40,876 nucleotides of DNA from the UHGV virus genome UHGV-0428632. One strand, written 5' to 3'. Shown here piece by piece: positions 7,325 through 16,975 of the stretch. A model generated the notes under the pieces. The model worked only from the letters and a program-made list of their open reading frames with translations. It did not search any database and had not been told where the DNA came from. A program made the translations under genes and the position numbers. The DNA is from a virus. Each line of letters starts with the position of its first letter. The first letter of the stretch is position 1.

Positions 7325-8142
7325 AACCTGGCGTCTACTACGGAATGTCGAACGAGGCCTATCACGCTGACGAGGCTATAGGCTCAACGACAGTCAAGGC
7401 AATCAGCGTCAGTCCTGCCAATCACTTCTTCAACAAATTTACCGGAAGCAAGTCTGCGCACATTGGAAGTGCTATTCATGCGGCGCTGCTTGAGCCTGAT
7501 GTTTATCAGTTCCGGTATGCAAAGCGCGAAGAAATAACATCTAGAGCCAGCAAGGAATACAAGGAAGTCACTAAGCAGTTTCCTGCAGAGTTTATTCTGG
7601 TTGGCGGCGAGGTAGATACGGTACAGCGGATGTATGAATCGTCTCGGATGAACGATGACTTCATGGATTACATGAACACCAAGGGAAGCTCTGAAGTGTC
7701 CATGTTTGCTGAATGTCCAGAAACGGGCTTGATGCTTAAATGCCGCTTCGACAGGCTATCGGACACTCTCGCCTACCCTCTCGACGTTAAGAGTTGCAGA
7801 GACGCTTCTGAGCGCGGATTCAGCAATGCTTTCGGTCAGTACAAATACCACATTCAAGCAGCTTTCTATCTCTACGTTCTCAAACTGGCAACTGGTATCG
7901 AATATAACCAGTTTGCCTTTTTCGCTATCGAGAACTCACCGCCATATCGCAACTGCATGTACTACATCGGCGAGGAATCGCTGGAGCTTGGATATCGCGA
8001 GATGTACGCAGCTTTAGACAAGCTCGTGGCATGCAAAGCAAACGAATCACTGAAGTACGAAGGAATTGTACTTCCATCCAACGAAATTAACGTTCCGGCC
8101 TATTTGCTGGATAACGAATACGATGACGAGGTAATTCTCTAA
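7321..8142 (+). CDS. Phage exonuclease, RecE-family PD-(D/E)XK (exodeoxyribonuclease VIII-like / DUF3799-type)
   Basis: 273 aa. N-terminal [27 protein letters not shown]… signature of this family. D…PLDVKS…(E/Q)xK-like core. Confidence 0.7.
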   Translation: MKPGVYYGMSNEAYHADEAIGSTTVKAISVSPANHFFNKFTGSKSAHIGSAIHAALLEPDVYQFRYAKREEITSRASKEYKEVTKQFPAEFILVGGEVDTVQRMYESSRMNDDFMDYMNTKGSSEVSMFAECPETGLMLKCRFDRLSDTLAYPLDVKSCRDASERGFSNAFGQYKYHIQAAFYLYVLKLATGIEYNQFAFFAIENSPPYRNCMYYIGEESLELGYREMYAALDKLVACKANESLKYEGIVLPSNEINVPAYLLDNEYDDEVIL

Positions 8143-8711
8143 TGGACCTTTCACGCACAATCATTCCAAAGTCCGATCAGCTCAACTTTGAGGATGTTCA
8201 GAGTCAGAGTATCACGGCGGTTATCAAATCTGTTCGCGCAGGAAATTCAGAGCAGCCAGTGTTCATTGACCTTGAAGGTTACGATGGACGTCCCTACAAG
8301 CCATCTAAATCGATGCGTCGGGTGTTAATAGGCGGTTGGGGTGCAGATGGTCACTCATGGGTTGGGCGCTCTCTAACGCTCGTCGGTGACGCTTCTGTGC
8401 GGTTTGGTGGGGTTGCTGTAGGTGGTATCAAAATTCATGCAATGAGTGACGTTGAGGCTGATTTCTCAATGATGCTGTCAGTGTCGCGCGGAAAGCGACA
8501 GGAGCATCGTGTTCGCAGACTTGAGATTAAGCAACAAGCTACACCTGAAACAGCGCTGAAGTGGTTCTCTGATAACGCGTTAACCATGGATGCAACAAAG
8601 CTTGAGGTTGCATACAAACGCACGAAAGGCGTTATCGGAAGTAACGATGAGCTTCTCGCTCAGCTCAATGAAATTCATAACCTACGCAAGGCAGACTTGG
8701 AGAAAGAATAA
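8142..8711 (+). CDS. Hypothetical protein translationally coupled to the exonuclease (candidate recombination partner)
   Basis: 189 aa. Start overlaps the exo stop. No Walker motif and no family recognised. Confidence 0.5.
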   Translation: MDLSRTIIPKSDQLNFEDVQSQSITAVIKSVRAGNSEQPVFIDLEGYDGRPYKPSKSMRRVLIGGWGADGHSWVGRSLTLVGDASVRFGGVAVGGIKIHAMSDVEADFSMMLSVSRGKRQEHRVRRLEIKQQATPETALKWFSDNALTMDATKLEVAYKRTKGVIGSNDELLAQLNEIHNLRKADLEKE

Positions 8712-8989
8712 TGACATACCTCCTGTGGGAATCATGGGAGGAGGACTTCTTGCGCGAAGTTGCTACCACCATGGAACCAAAGCTAATAGCCGAAAAGCTT
8801 GAGCGCTCTGAAATGTCTGTATGGAGCAAGGCTGGAAGATTAGGCATCAAGTTAATCTCCAGCCAGGACAAGCCATGGAGCAAAAAGGAATTAGCTCTCT
8901 TTTCATCGCACTCTCCAAACGAAATAGCAGAAGTCACCTCCCGTTCAATCTATTCAGTCAGAGCAAAATTATCGAGGCTGCCATCATGA
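8711..8989 (+). CDS. Hypothetical protein
   Basis: 92 aa. ATGA overlap with the upstream gene. Confidence 0.5.
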   Translation: MTYLLWESWEEDFLREVATTMEPKLIAEKLERSEMSVWSKAGRLGIKLISSQDKPWSKKELALFSSHSPNEIAEVTSRSIYSVRAKLSRLPS

Positions 8990-9159
8990 TTGGAAATTAT
9001 TACGACCCTTTCATCACGCCCAACGAGTTAATCGCAGGACACCGCATCAAACCCATCAACGATATCCCACGCGAAGAAATGCTGAAGAAGAACTCATTCC
9101 CGAGCGTAAACGAGAACAAATTCCTGACGGCGTGGTTGAAGCAGAGGGCGAAGAAATGA
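8986..9159 (+). CDS. Hypothetical small protein
   Basis: 57 aa from MIGNYYDPF. ATGA coupling at both ends. Confidence 0.4.
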   Translation: MIGNYYDPFITPNELIAGHRIKPINDIPREEMLKKNSFPSVNENKFLTAWLKQRAKK

Positions 9160-9557
9160 GCGTGAATCGTTATGAATTTGAAGATTATGGCACCAATGAA
9201 CCTGATGGCCGCTACGTGACTTACGAAGACTACGCAGCACTTGATGCCAGATGCGCGGCGCTGGCTGCGGAGAATGCGGGGCTGAAAAAATCAGAGCCAG
9301 CACCATTCAGCAAGCTGATGATGGAGGCGCTTGATGTTTATCAGGCGGGCGCTGATGAAGTGCCGGAGCTGGCAATGCTGAGTGCGTATAAAAAGCTGCG
9401 AGATGGGCTAAAAACTCCGGCGACCGACGCTTTCCTGGCTGAAGTGCGGGCGCAGGGGGTGGAGATGCTGCGTAAACATCCAGCGATAAAACTTTGCTCT
9501 TTAACTCACGTATGTGATGAGTTCGCCGCCCAGCTTCGCAAAGGAGTGCAGTCATGA
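9156..9557 (+). CDS. Hypothetical protein (ea-region)
   Basis: 133 aa from MSVNRYEFEDYG. Coupled starts and stops. Confidence 0.5.
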   Translation: MSVNRYEFEDYGTNEPDGRYVTYEDYAALDARCAALAAENAGLKKSEPAPFSKLMMEALDVYQAGADEVPELAMLSAYKKLRDGLKTPATDAFLAEVRAQGVEMLRKHPAIKLCSLTHVCDEFAAQLRKGVQS

Positions 9558-9751
9558 GCGACACGATCAAAGTGCTGAATTATGACCCTGCCGACCCGGA
9601 TAAAATGCGTCTGCCACAGGGTTCTAACTGCGGTAACTGCCATCACATCCGTCGCTGTAAAGCTATGTTCGGCCACACGGAAACGGATAGATATTGCGAC
9701 TGGTCACCATCGCGTTTCATCCCGGTACGGACAGAAGGAGCCGCCCAATGA
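9554..9751 (+). CDS. Hypothetical Cys-rich small protein
   Basis: 65 aa. C-x2-C…C-x5-C pattern (NCGNCHHIRRC…YCDW). Confidence 0.5.
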   Translation: MSDTIKVLNYDPADPDKMRLPQGSNCGNCHHIRRCKAMFGHTETDRYCDWSPSRFIPVRTEGAAQ

Positions 9752-10068
9752 GTAACATCGACAAACGCGCGTTAAGGGAGGCTGCGGAAAAGGCTCAAAC
9801 TGCAAGGGCCAGGCTTGAATCTATTCCGGATGAAGATGTCGTTTTATTCGAAGAGAATGACATCAAAAGTGATGTTTTCGTATGCAACAAATTCATCGTT
9901 ACAGCTAACCCCGCCACCGTGCTGGCGCTGCTGGATGAGCTGGAAGCCGCAGAGAAGCGGATTGCTGATTACCAAGAGCTCATTAATGGCTTGGTTGGTG
10001 TCTCATCTTCCATTCTGCGCGAAGTCGAGCGCATCAATAACGCCGCCGCAGCCGGTAAAGGAGAGTGA
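9748..10068 (+). CDS. Ead/Ea22-like hypothetical protein
   Basis: 106 aa from MSNIDKRALREAAEKA…VCNKFIVTANPATVLALLDELEAAE. Typical enterobacterial prophage ea-region family, by recollection. Confidence 0.5.
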   Translation: MSNIDKRALREAAEKAQTARARLESIPDEDVVLFEENDIKSDVFVCNKFIVTANPATVLALLDELEAAEKRIADYQELINGLVGVSSSILREVERINNAAAAGKGE

Positions 10069-10069
10069 C

Positions 10070-10423
10070 ATGGCTTTTGTATCGATCGTAACTGGTGGCA
10101 GAGGTCGCAAGCGTGACACTGCTGGTATCTCTGTTAAATATTCAAAGTCAGGCTCTGTTCAGTGCTATGTCGGCGTGGATATCCGGGAGAACAATCGATT
10201 TATTTTTGTTGAGATTGATGAGGATACCAGGCAGATCAGAGTAAAACCAACTCCCGATGAGAAGGGGGCAAAAATGTCGGGTGTAAGTGGGGGAACTTTC
10301 TCAGTAACTAAGAAGTTAGGAGATGCGGTTATACCTTCAGGACTCGGAAAAACATTCATCGAGCTGGAAAGGAGCGCTGATGGTTGGTGGTACGGGAATT
10401 ATCAGGAAGGAGAGGCATCATGA
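10070..10423 (+). CDS. Hypothetical protein
   Basis: RBS AAGGAG. 117 aa from MAFVSIVTGG. Confidence 0.5.
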   Translation: MAFVSIVTGGRGRKRDTAGISVKYSKSGSVQCYVGVDIRENNRFIFVEIDEDTRQIRVKPTPDEKGAKMSGVSGGTFSVTKKLGDAVIPSGLGKTFIELERSADGWWYGNYQEGEAS

Positions 10424-11049
10424 GCACTATTACCAAAGAATGGCTGCATCAAACTATCGCTGAATATGAAGCCAATCGTGATGAATTACCATTTGGACTG
10501 GATACCAACAGTGCCATTGAACTTCAGGCGTTCAAGTTGGCGCTGGCATCGCTCGAAGCGGAGCCTGTTAGCGAGTTCTATCACGAGGCTCGTTGGGGAT
10601 GGTATGAAATATCAGAAGGTGACAAAGTTCCTGAGCGGGCGCGTATCCCACTGTATAGAGTCGCGCCAGCGCCGGTATCTGTGCCTGAATGGACAAACGA
10701 GCAGTGCCTGGAGTTCCTGTCGATCGCTTTCCGGCATGCGGAAATTAAAGGCGACCTTGAGTTTGATGATATCCGCCTGGGTGTGAAGATGGTCAATGGT
10801 AGCCGCGCCGCCGTGCTTCAGGGAGCTGATGGCAGCTATCCGGTGATTCCGGATGGTTGGGTGGCTTGCAGTGAGCGGATGCCGGAAGAAAGTGGTCGAT
10901 ACTGGTGCTATGTCGAAGAGCAGAATGACCTGGGAAAATCACACTACCAGTGGAACTGCTCATGGAATGGCGATAGGTGGTGGGTTGAAAGCGAAAATGG
11001 GGGTCGCGTAACCCACTGGCAACCTCTCCCATCACCTCCACAGAAATAA
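10420..11049 (+). CDS. Hypothetical protein with C-terminal DUF551-like domain
   Basis: 209 aa. C-terminal …WVACSERMPEE…RYW…RVTHWQPLP motif. A paralogous domain occurs in 35653..35937. Confidence 0.55.
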   Translation: MSTITKEWLHQTIAEYEANRDELPFGLDTNSAIELQAFKLALASLEAEPVSEFYHEARWGWYEISEGDKVPERARIPLYRVAPAPVSVPEWTNEQCLEFLSIAFRHAEIKGDLEFDDIRLGVKMVNGSRAAVLQGADGSYPVIPDGWVACSERMPEESGRYWCYVEEQNDLGKSHYQWNCSWNGDRWWVESENGGRVTHWQPLPSPPQK

Positions 11050-11090
11050 CAAACCAGCATCCAGCGGGTTTTTCTTTATCCGGAGTCACC

Positions 11091-11210
11091 ATGCACGCTA
11101 ATCCAATTATCTGGCTCATAGTCGGAATTATGGCTCTGAGCGCTATCTCTTCACTCATTCACATGTCAGAGGGCTTGTTATGGCTAAATTTGCTGTGGGC
11201 GCAATCGTAA
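11091..11210 (+). CDS. Possible small hydrophobic membrane peptide (39 aa)
   Basis: RBS GGAG-5nt-ATG. MHANPIIWLIVGIMALSAISSLIH…. Overlaps the next ORF out of frame. Confidence 0.25.
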   Translation: MHANPIIWLIVGIMALSAISSLIHMSEGLLWLNLLWAQS

Positions 11211-11380
11211 AGCACAAGTCAGGCGATATCAAAGGAGTGGTTGATGGCGTTACGGAGCAGGAAAGCCGGCCTACATGGTATCGCGTTTTGTGGGACTCCG
11301 GTGATTACAGTTCTCACGCAGAACACGAACTACGCGCGGCTACTGTTGATGAGCCTCGCGTGTATAAGAAATTAGCGTAA
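11180..11380 (+). CDS. Hypothetical small protein
   Basis: 66 aa. RBS AGAGGG-6nt-ATG. Confidence 0.4.
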   Translation: MAKFAVGAIVKHKSGDIKGVVDGVTEQESRPTWYRVLWDSGDYSSHAEHELRAATVDEPRVYKKLA

Positions 11381-11390
11381 GGAGATGGAT

Positions 11391-11563
11391 GTGAGCTTTG
11401 AGATTCCAGAATGTGAAGACCTTGAGTGGCAGCGAGAGATGCTTAGGCAGTTAAACGACAGGTTAATCACCTTGCGAGATGGATTCGAGGAAATGAAGCA
11501 GGATGCATTAGATGAAGCGATCAGCATTGTGGATGCGCTACAGGAATATTCAGGTTACTAGAC
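11391..11563 (+). CDS. Hypothetical small acidic protein
   Basis: 57 aa. RBS AAGGAG. Followed by a terminator. Confidence 0.35.
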
Positions 11564-11564
11564 C

Positions 11565-11590
11565 GCAGCAATGGCGGTTTTTTATTGGAG
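11565..11590 (+). terminator. Intrinsic terminator
   Basis: ACCGC-agcaatg-GCGGT followed by TTTTTTATT. Confidence 0.55.
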
Positions 11591-11597
11591 ATAGATA

Positions 11598-11951
11598 ATG
11601 AGCTATTGCCGATTCAGCTGCGACAACTGGCGCAGCGATGTTTATTGCTACGAGTCTGAGCAAGGTTATGTCACTCACGTAGCCTGCTCTCGTGTTGTAG
11701 GTGACGTTCCGCCAATCCCCTTCTTCTTTGATGTGCCTCAGAAAGAATTCTTTGAGGCAGTCCGAGCACAAAATGAATTCATCGACTCAGCAGAACGCGA
11801 GCCAATTGGGCTGAAGCACGACGGCGCGATGTTCATAGACCGCAGTCCGGACGAAATGATAGACCGATTGCTGTCTTTATCCCGGGAGGGGTATTTCGTG
11901 CCGGTGAGCGCCATTGAGGCTTTATCAGAAGAGATAAGAGAAAACGCATGA
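11598..11951 (+). CDS. Hypothetical protein
   Basis: 117 aa. RBS GGAG. Confidence 0.5.
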   Translation: MSYCRFSCDNWRSDVYCYESEQGYVTHVACSRVVGDVPPIPFFFDVPQKEFFEAVRAQNEFIDSAEREPIGLKHDGAMFIDRSPDEMIDRLLSLSREGYFVPVSAIEALSEEIRENA

Positions 11952-12238
11952 TGGAATCACACAGCCTCACACTCGATGAGGCCTGTGCACTCAATCCCCT
12001 TCCCTGTTCAATTCCCAATCCGGAGATGAAACCTATGCGCGAACTTCGCGACGACTCACTCATTGACATGAAATTCATTATGGAGGATTCTGGATTTTCA
12101 GATCGCTACTTCTACAAGCACATCCAGAAGGGCGACTTCCCTCCACCTATCAAATATGGCCGCTCCTCTAAATGGCTGTATGGTGATTATCAAGCCTGGA
12201 AACGCAGCTTCATCCCTGACCTTAAAAAAGCATCATGA
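11948..12238 (+). CDS. xis: AlpA-family excisionase / transcriptional regulator (Xis)
   Basis: C-terminal …MKFIMEDSGFSDRYFYKHIQKGDFPPPIKYGRSSKWLYGDYQAWK… is an AlpA/Xis-type HTH. Lies immediately upstream of int. The true start may be internal. Confidence 0.65.
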   Translation: MMESHSLTLDEACALNPLPCSIPNPEMKPMRELRDDSLIDMKFIMEDSGFSDRYFYKHIQKGDFPPPIKYGRSSKWLYGDYQAWKRSFIPDLKKAS

Positions 12239-12246
12239 CCACGCTT

Positions 12247-12505
12247 TGCGGGCATAATTGCGGGCATAATATTTTCCACTTCTGCATTTCATTATAAATC
12301 CCATGCACTTAGACGCTTTATGTGATGTCTGCAGGGGACACCATTTTTAACAGAACCCACCTCTCCGCTTCAGAACCAAACGCCCATCACACCTTAATCA
12401 TTAGATATTCATACACAACCGAAGCGAACCAAAGCGAATTGACTACAGCAAACTATTGCGGGCATATTGTGGGCACACTTCAAAATGACCACGGATTTAT
12501 GCCCA
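12247..12505. repeat. Direct and inverted repeats of TGCGGGCATAAT upstream of int (candidate Xis/AlpA or Int-arm binding sites)
   Basis: Tandem TGCGGGCATAAT x2 (12247-12270). TGCGGGCATATT followed by GTGGGCACACTT (12457-12480). Inverted ATGCCCACA (12497-12505) abuts the int start. Confidence 0.5.
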
Positions 12506-12506
12506 C

Positions 12507-13676
12507 ATGCTTACGGTAAAGCAAATCGACGCAGCCAAACCTGCGGAAAAGTCATATCGCCTCGCAGATGCCGGAGGGCTTTTCCTGTTTGTTCCGCCAT
12601 CAGGTAAAAAGGTTTGGCGTATGCGTTACCGGTTCGACGGGAAAGAAAAGACGCTTGTCATTGGACCCTACCCAGAAATCTCATTAACCGAAGCCAGAGC
12701 AAAACAGTCCGAAGCGAAAATGAAGCTTCTGGCAGGTGTCGACCCGGCAGAGCAGAAACAGGCCATAAAGAAGAAAGAGAAAGAAGAAGCGGCTGATTCG
12801 TTCGGCGATATCTTCCGTGAGTGGCATGCTCACAAATCAAAGGTATGGTCTAAAGGATATGCTGACGAGATGATGAGCATGTTCACAGACGATATCTTGC
12901 CTGTCATTGGTCATCTTAAAATGGAAGACGTTGAGCCTATGGTGCTGCTGAAGGTCATCAGATTATTCGAGGACAGGGGCGCAATGGAACGTGCTGATAA
13001 GGCGAGGAGAAGGTGTGGTGAGGTATTCAGTTATGCGATCATAACCGGCAGGGCTAGATATAACCCCTCCAGAGACCTAGCAGGAGCGATGAAAGGATAC
13101 AGGAAGCAGAACTATCCTTTCCTTCCTATGCACCGCATACACGAATTCCAGCGTGCTTTAAACGCATATGGCGGTTGGATTGTATCGAAGATAGCAGCGC
13201 AGATTCTTCACTATACCGCTATGCGAACAGTGGAATTGCGCTCGCTGGTATGGACGGGAATTGATTACGAAACCAGGTTAATCAGTGTTGACCCTGCTGT
13301 CATGAAAGGCAGGAAGCTTCATGTAGTTCCAATGTCAGACCAGGTTATCGAACTATTCAAGTTCCTGCAACAAATTACCGGGCAGTATGAGCTGTGCTTC
13401 CCGGGTAGAACCGACAGGAAGAAGCCTATCAGTGAGAACGCTGTACTCGGTGTGATACGCAGCATTGGCTACGAAGGACAGACGAGCGGGCATGGTATGC
13501 GACATCAGTTCAGTACCGTACTCAACGAAAAGCACTGGAACAAAGACGCGATAGAGATGCAACTGGCGCACGTTAGCGGCGGTACTCGCTCAGTGTACAA
13601 CCACGCTGAATACCTCGATACACGTCGTGAAATGATGCAGTGGTGGGCAGACTGGCTAGACGAGAAGGTGGCATAA
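12507..13676 (+). CDS. int: Tyrosine integrase (P4-type, with N-terminal arm-binding DUF4102 domain)
   Basis: 389 aa. N-terminal …YRLADAGGLFLFVPPSGKKVWRMRYRF… Catalytic C-terminus with R…HGMRHQFST…H…Y (NHAEYLD). Confidence 0.9.
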   Translation: MLTVKQIDAAKPAEKSYRLADAGGLFLFVPPSGKKVWRMRYRFDGKEKTLVIGPYPEISLTEARAKQSEAKMKLLAGVDPAEQKQAIKKKEKEEAADSFGDIFREWHAHKSKVWSKGYADEMMSMFTDDILPVIGHLKMEDVEPMVLLKVIRLFEDRGAMERADKARRRCGEVFSYAIITGRARYNPSRDLAGAMKGYRKQNYPFLPMHRIHEFQRALNAYGGWIVSKIAAQILHYTAMRTVELRSLVWTGIDYETRLISVDPAVMKGRKLHVVPMSDQVIELFKFLQQITGQYELCFPGRTDRKKPISENAVLGVIRSIGYEGQTSGHGMRHQFSTVLNEKHWNKDAIEMQLAHVSGGTRSVYNHAEYLDTRREMMQWWADWLDEKVA

Positions 13677-13682
13677 CGCCAC

Positions 13683-14072
13683 CTACATCACCGGACAATC
13701 ATCAAACTCGCCCGTTCTCATATCGTTTATGCTGTAGGTGATCACCCCAAACACTGGCCGCGAAGAATCACTGGTTTCATCCTTCGATGGCAGAGCCTCT
13801 CTCCTTCCTGTTTCCGGGTTCTCCAGATAAGGCTGTGGATGAGTCCTGTAACGTCTGATTTTAAATTCCCCATCGATTGCACACACAAGTAGTGAGCCGT
13901 CTTTCGGCGTCAATGATGAGTCCACGATAAGCATCGCTCCTTTCAGTATCCCTGCACGAAGGTATGTCGTACCGGCTACCATCATGTACGTAGCAGAAGG
14001 GTGGGCAATAAATCTCTGGTCAAGTGATATGCGTTCTTCAACGTAGTCTGCTGCTGGCGACGGGAATCCCAT
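13683..14072 (-). CDS. UmuD'-like (HumD-like) SOS mutagenesis accessory protein: pre-truncated and Ser/Lys dyad-substituted
   Basis: 129 aa. Begins MGFPSPAADYVEERI…, exactly at the UmuD Cys24/Gly25 cleavage junction. Colinear with UmuD through …VDGEF…VFGV…. Ser60 -> Thr (AGTTY in place of SGDSM) and Lys97 -> Arg. RBS GGAGGTG. Confidence 0.75.
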   Translation of the reverse strand: MGFPSPAADYVEERISLDQRFIAHPSATYMMVAGTTYLRAGILKGAMLIVDSSLTPKDGSLLVCAIDGEFKIRRYRTHPQPYLENPETGRREALPSKDETSDSSRPVFGVITYSINDMRTGEFDDCPVM

Positions 14073-14089
14073 AATGCACCTCCGATAGT

Positions 14090-14109
14090 TACTGTATATG
14101 CATACAGTA
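14090..14109. promoter_or_regulatory. LexA (SOS) box upstream of the umuD'-like gene
   Basis: TACTGTATATGCATACAGTA is a perfect CTGT-N8-ACAG palindrome. It lies 18-37 bp upstream of the ATG at 14072. Confidence 0.75.
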
Positions 14110-14185
14110 TTATCGATCGGCGGTATCGATCAATAGCGTTTGTAGTGCTACACTTCAGACCTTTCCGAATTCACTGATTTCTATA

Positions 14186-14548
14186 ATGTTAAAGTTATTC
14201 GCCAGGTACACATCAATAGGTGTTATTAACACGCTCATTCACTGGGTTGTGTTCGCTATTTGCATCTATGTATTCCACACGGGTCAGGCTCTTGGCAACT
14301 TTGCCGGGTTCGTTGTGGCTGTATCGTTCAGCTTCTTCGCCAATGCCAGATTCACGTTTAAGGCCTCTACTACCACGCTTCGCTACATGCTATACGTGGG
14401 ATTCATGGGAACGCTTAGCGCTGCTGTTGGTTGGTGTGCTGACAAATCAGGCCTTGCGCCTGTCATCACGTTAATCGTGTTCTCCGCCATCAGTCTGGTG
14501 TGCGGTTTTATCTATTCAAAGTTCATTGTCTTTAGGGATGCGAAATGA
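14186..14548 (+). CDS. gtrA: GtrA, bactoprenol-linked glucose translocase (flippase)
   Basis: 120 aa, 4-TM. Near-identical in pattern to Shigella/Salmonella phage GtrA ([21 protein letters not shown]…[10 protein letters not shown]). Confidence 0.85.
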   Translation: MLKLFARYTSIGVINTLIHWVVFAICIYVFHTGQALGNFAGFVVAVSFSFFANARFTFKASTTTLRYMLYVGFMGTLSAAVGWCADKSGLAPVITLIVFSAISLVCGFIYSKFIVFRDAK

Positions 14549-15462
14549 AAATTTCTCTTGTCGTTCCGGTATTTAATGAAGAGGAAGCAATTCCAATCTT
14601 CTATAAAACCGTGCGGGAATTTGAGGGTTTGCTGCAGCATGAAGTCGAGATAGTATTCATCAATGACGGCAGCAAAGATGCAACAGAGTCAATTATTAAT
14701 GCGCTGGCGGTTGCCGACCCGCTTGTGGTTCCGCTGTCATTCACTCGTAACTTCGGGAAAGAGCCCGCTCTGTTTGCCGGACTTGACCACGCCACTGGTG
14801 ATGCGGTTATTCCTATAGACGTTGATCTGCAGGACCCGATTGAAGTCATTCCGCATCTGATTGAGAAGTGGCAGGACGGCGCAGACATGGTTCTGGCTAA
14901 GCGTTCTGATCGCTCTACTGATGGAAGGCTCAAGCGTAAGACCGCTGAGTGGTTCTATAAGCTACACAACAAAATCAGTAACCCTAAAATTGAGGAAAAC
15001 GTTGGCGACTTCCGCCTTATGTCCCGCGAGGTGGTAGAAAACATTAAGCTCATGCCAGAGCGCAACCTGTTCATGAAGGGCGTCCTGAGCTGGGTTGGCG
15101 GCCGTACAGATGTCGTTGAATATTCCCGCGCAGAACGCGTTGCAGGAAGCACAAAATTCAACGGATGGAAGCTATGGAACCTGGCGCTAGAGGGTATCAC
15201 CAGCTTCTCTACATTCCCGCTGCGCATGTGGACCTATATAGGCCTGTTCGTAGCAGGTGCAGCTTTCCTGTACGGAGCCTGGATGATATTCGACACGCTT
15301 GTTTTCGGAAACGCTGTTCGTGGTTATCCATCTTTGCTGGTGTCAATACTTTTCTTGGGCGGCATTCAATTGATTGGTATTGGGGTACTTGGTGAGTATA
15401 CAGGAAGGATATACGTTGAAGTTAAGCAGAGGCCTAGATACGTTCTGAAGGGAAAACAATGA
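14545..15462 (+). CDS. gtrB: GtrB, bactoprenol glucosyltransferase (GT2 family)
   Basis: 305 aa. …[12 protein letters not shown]…INDGSKD… DxD region and C-terminal TM helices. ATGA overlap with gtrA. Confidence 0.9.
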   Translation: MKISLVVPVFNEEEAIPIFYKTVREFEGLLQHEVEIVFINDGSKDATESIINALAVADPLVVPLSFTRNFGKEPALFAGLDHATGDAVIPIDVDLQDPIEVIPHLIEKWQDGADMVLAKRSDRSTDGRLKRKTAEWFYKLHNKISNPKIEENVGDFRLMSREVVENIKLMPERNLFMKGVLSWVGGRTDVVEYSRAERVAGSTKFNGWKLWNLALEGITSFSTFPLRMWTYIGLFVAGAAFLYGAWMIFDTLVFGNAVRGYPSLLVSILFLGGIQLIGIGVLGEYTGRIYVEVKQRPRYVLKGKQ

Positions 15463-16949
15463 ATACAAACCACTTGAAAGTTGCATTGCTTTGCATTAGT
15501 TGCTTGCTTTGCGTAGCTGTGTCCACTTATTATTTCAACCTCCGTGGTGGATTACATCTAGATGAATCTCTATCGCTAATATTATCATCATATAGCGACT
15601 ATGGATGGACTAAAGTTTTCACCAACGAAAGTTTAACTGGATCTCAGCTAAGACAGCTCGTTTGGTTCGGAGATACATCAATAAGTGGAACAGCTAACGC
15701 CATATTTAATCTGTGGATTGATAATAGAGATTCACCGCATAGCAACCTTTATTATTCAGCTTTGAGATTGTGGTTTGTTGGGTTTGATGTAAATCAAGAA
15801 CCATATAACTTTATGTGGAGAGCGTTTTATTTAAACCTGCTAATAGCAGTAGGTTGCTGCTACCTATTATTCAATGTTACATTCAAGCTTTTTAAAAATG
15901 CGATTTTATCATCCATTTTAGTCGTGCTTGCAATTTGTAATGATGTCTCTGTATCTAACGTAATATACATACGACCATACTTACTGCAGACACTTTTGAT
16001 CTTTGCATACATTTATTCAACGGTATCTATACTGCAAGATTTCAGAATCAAAAAAACAGTAACTTTTAAATATGCCTTGTCGACATCATTAGCCTTGCTA
16101 AGCGGTTACTTTGCAATAATTTTCGTTGCAATGCTTGGTTCTTTTTATTTAGCAATTGCATTCCATAACTTCAATAAAAAAGATGTTCTTAAGTTCTGTT
16201 ACTCATACCTACCATTCACTGCGGTTTTGTCGTTTTTAATATACCCTCCATATTTCTTTGTTTTTGGAAATAGACAAGAGGAGGCAGTAAGCAAGCTTGG
16301 CTCTGTGTGGGAAAATATTATTTCCGCAGCAAATAGTGTTGATATATGGAGGAACGCTTTTGCATTTCCTGTGGCATCTTCAATGGCATCAATCGCATTG
16401 GCTGTATTTTATTACTTTAAAGTTAGAGATGGTGAAATAAAACTAAGAATATCAATACAGTTATCTCTGCTGGTTACCGCTATTCTATGGCTGTTGCTGG
16501 TAGAATTTTTCGCTCCATACAAAACCGCTAGGTACGTATATCCAGTCATTCCATTACTTTCAATCTCTTTAGGCATTATTTGGCAGGTTATATCAACTTA
16601 CTCCAATAAGATTGGATTGGCATACATTTTCCTGATATCGACAGCTTGCCTTAACACGTCTTTTACTGGAAAAAATGTCGAGTACCTTTATCCGGATAGA
16701 GAATATGATTGCTCAAGATTCCACAACGAGAAAGTTGCCGTTGTGACGTCACAACCATGGGCGCTGGCAGTTTCAACGGAGTGCTTTGATTCTACAACTA
16801 GATATTCCTTATTTAAATCAATGGAATATGTCGACTATGGAAAGTTTGATTTCATCATCTCTGAAATTGATCTACCAGACAATAAGGATGTAAAGTTGGT
16901 GTCAAACAGGGTGATGTACGCCTACAAAATGTATAAAGTTATAAAATAG
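15459..16949 (+). CDS. gtrC: GtrC-type serotype-specific O-antigen glucosyltransferase (polytopic membrane protein)
   Basis: 496 aa, many TM segments. Very AT-rich compared with the rest of the genome. Third gene of the gtr cassette, coupled to gtrB. Confidence 0.7.
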   Translation: MNTNHLKVALLCISCLLCVAVSTYYFNLRGGLHLDESLSLILSSYSDYGWTKVFTNESLTGSQLRQLVWFGDTSISGTANAIFNLWIDNRDSPHSNLYYSALRLWFVGFDVNQEPYNFMWRAFYLNLLIAVGCCYLLFNVTFKLFKNAILSSILVVLAICNDVSVSNVIYIRPYLLQTLLIFAYIYSTVSILQDFRIKKTVTFKYALSTSLALLSGYFAIIFVAMLGSFYLAIAFHNFNKKDVLKFCYSYLPFTAVLSFLIYPPYFFVFGNRQEEAVSKLGSVWENIISAANSVDIWRNAFAFPVASSMASIALAVFYYFKVRDGEIKLRISIQLSLLVTAILWLLLVEFFAPYKTARYVYPVIPLLSISLGIIWQVISTYSNKIGLAYIFLISTACLNTSFTGKNVEYLYPDREYDCSRFHNEKVAVVTSQPWALAVSTECFDSTTRYSLFKSMEYVDYGKFDFIISEIDLPDNKDVKLVSNRVMYAYKMYKVIK

Positions 16950-16950
16950 T

Positions 16951-16975
16951 AAAGGCGGCATTTGCCGCCTTTTTA
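16951..16975. terminator. Bidirectional intrinsic terminator between the convergent gtrC and tailspike genes
   Basis: AAAGGCGGCA-ttt-GCCGCCTTTTT. Confidence 0.75.

Noticed and set aside
13677-14185. Search for the attP core or tRNA 3' fragment next to int
   Set aside because: No tRNA-like T-arm or acceptor fragment could be recognised by eye on either side of the umuD'-like gene. attP is left unassigned.
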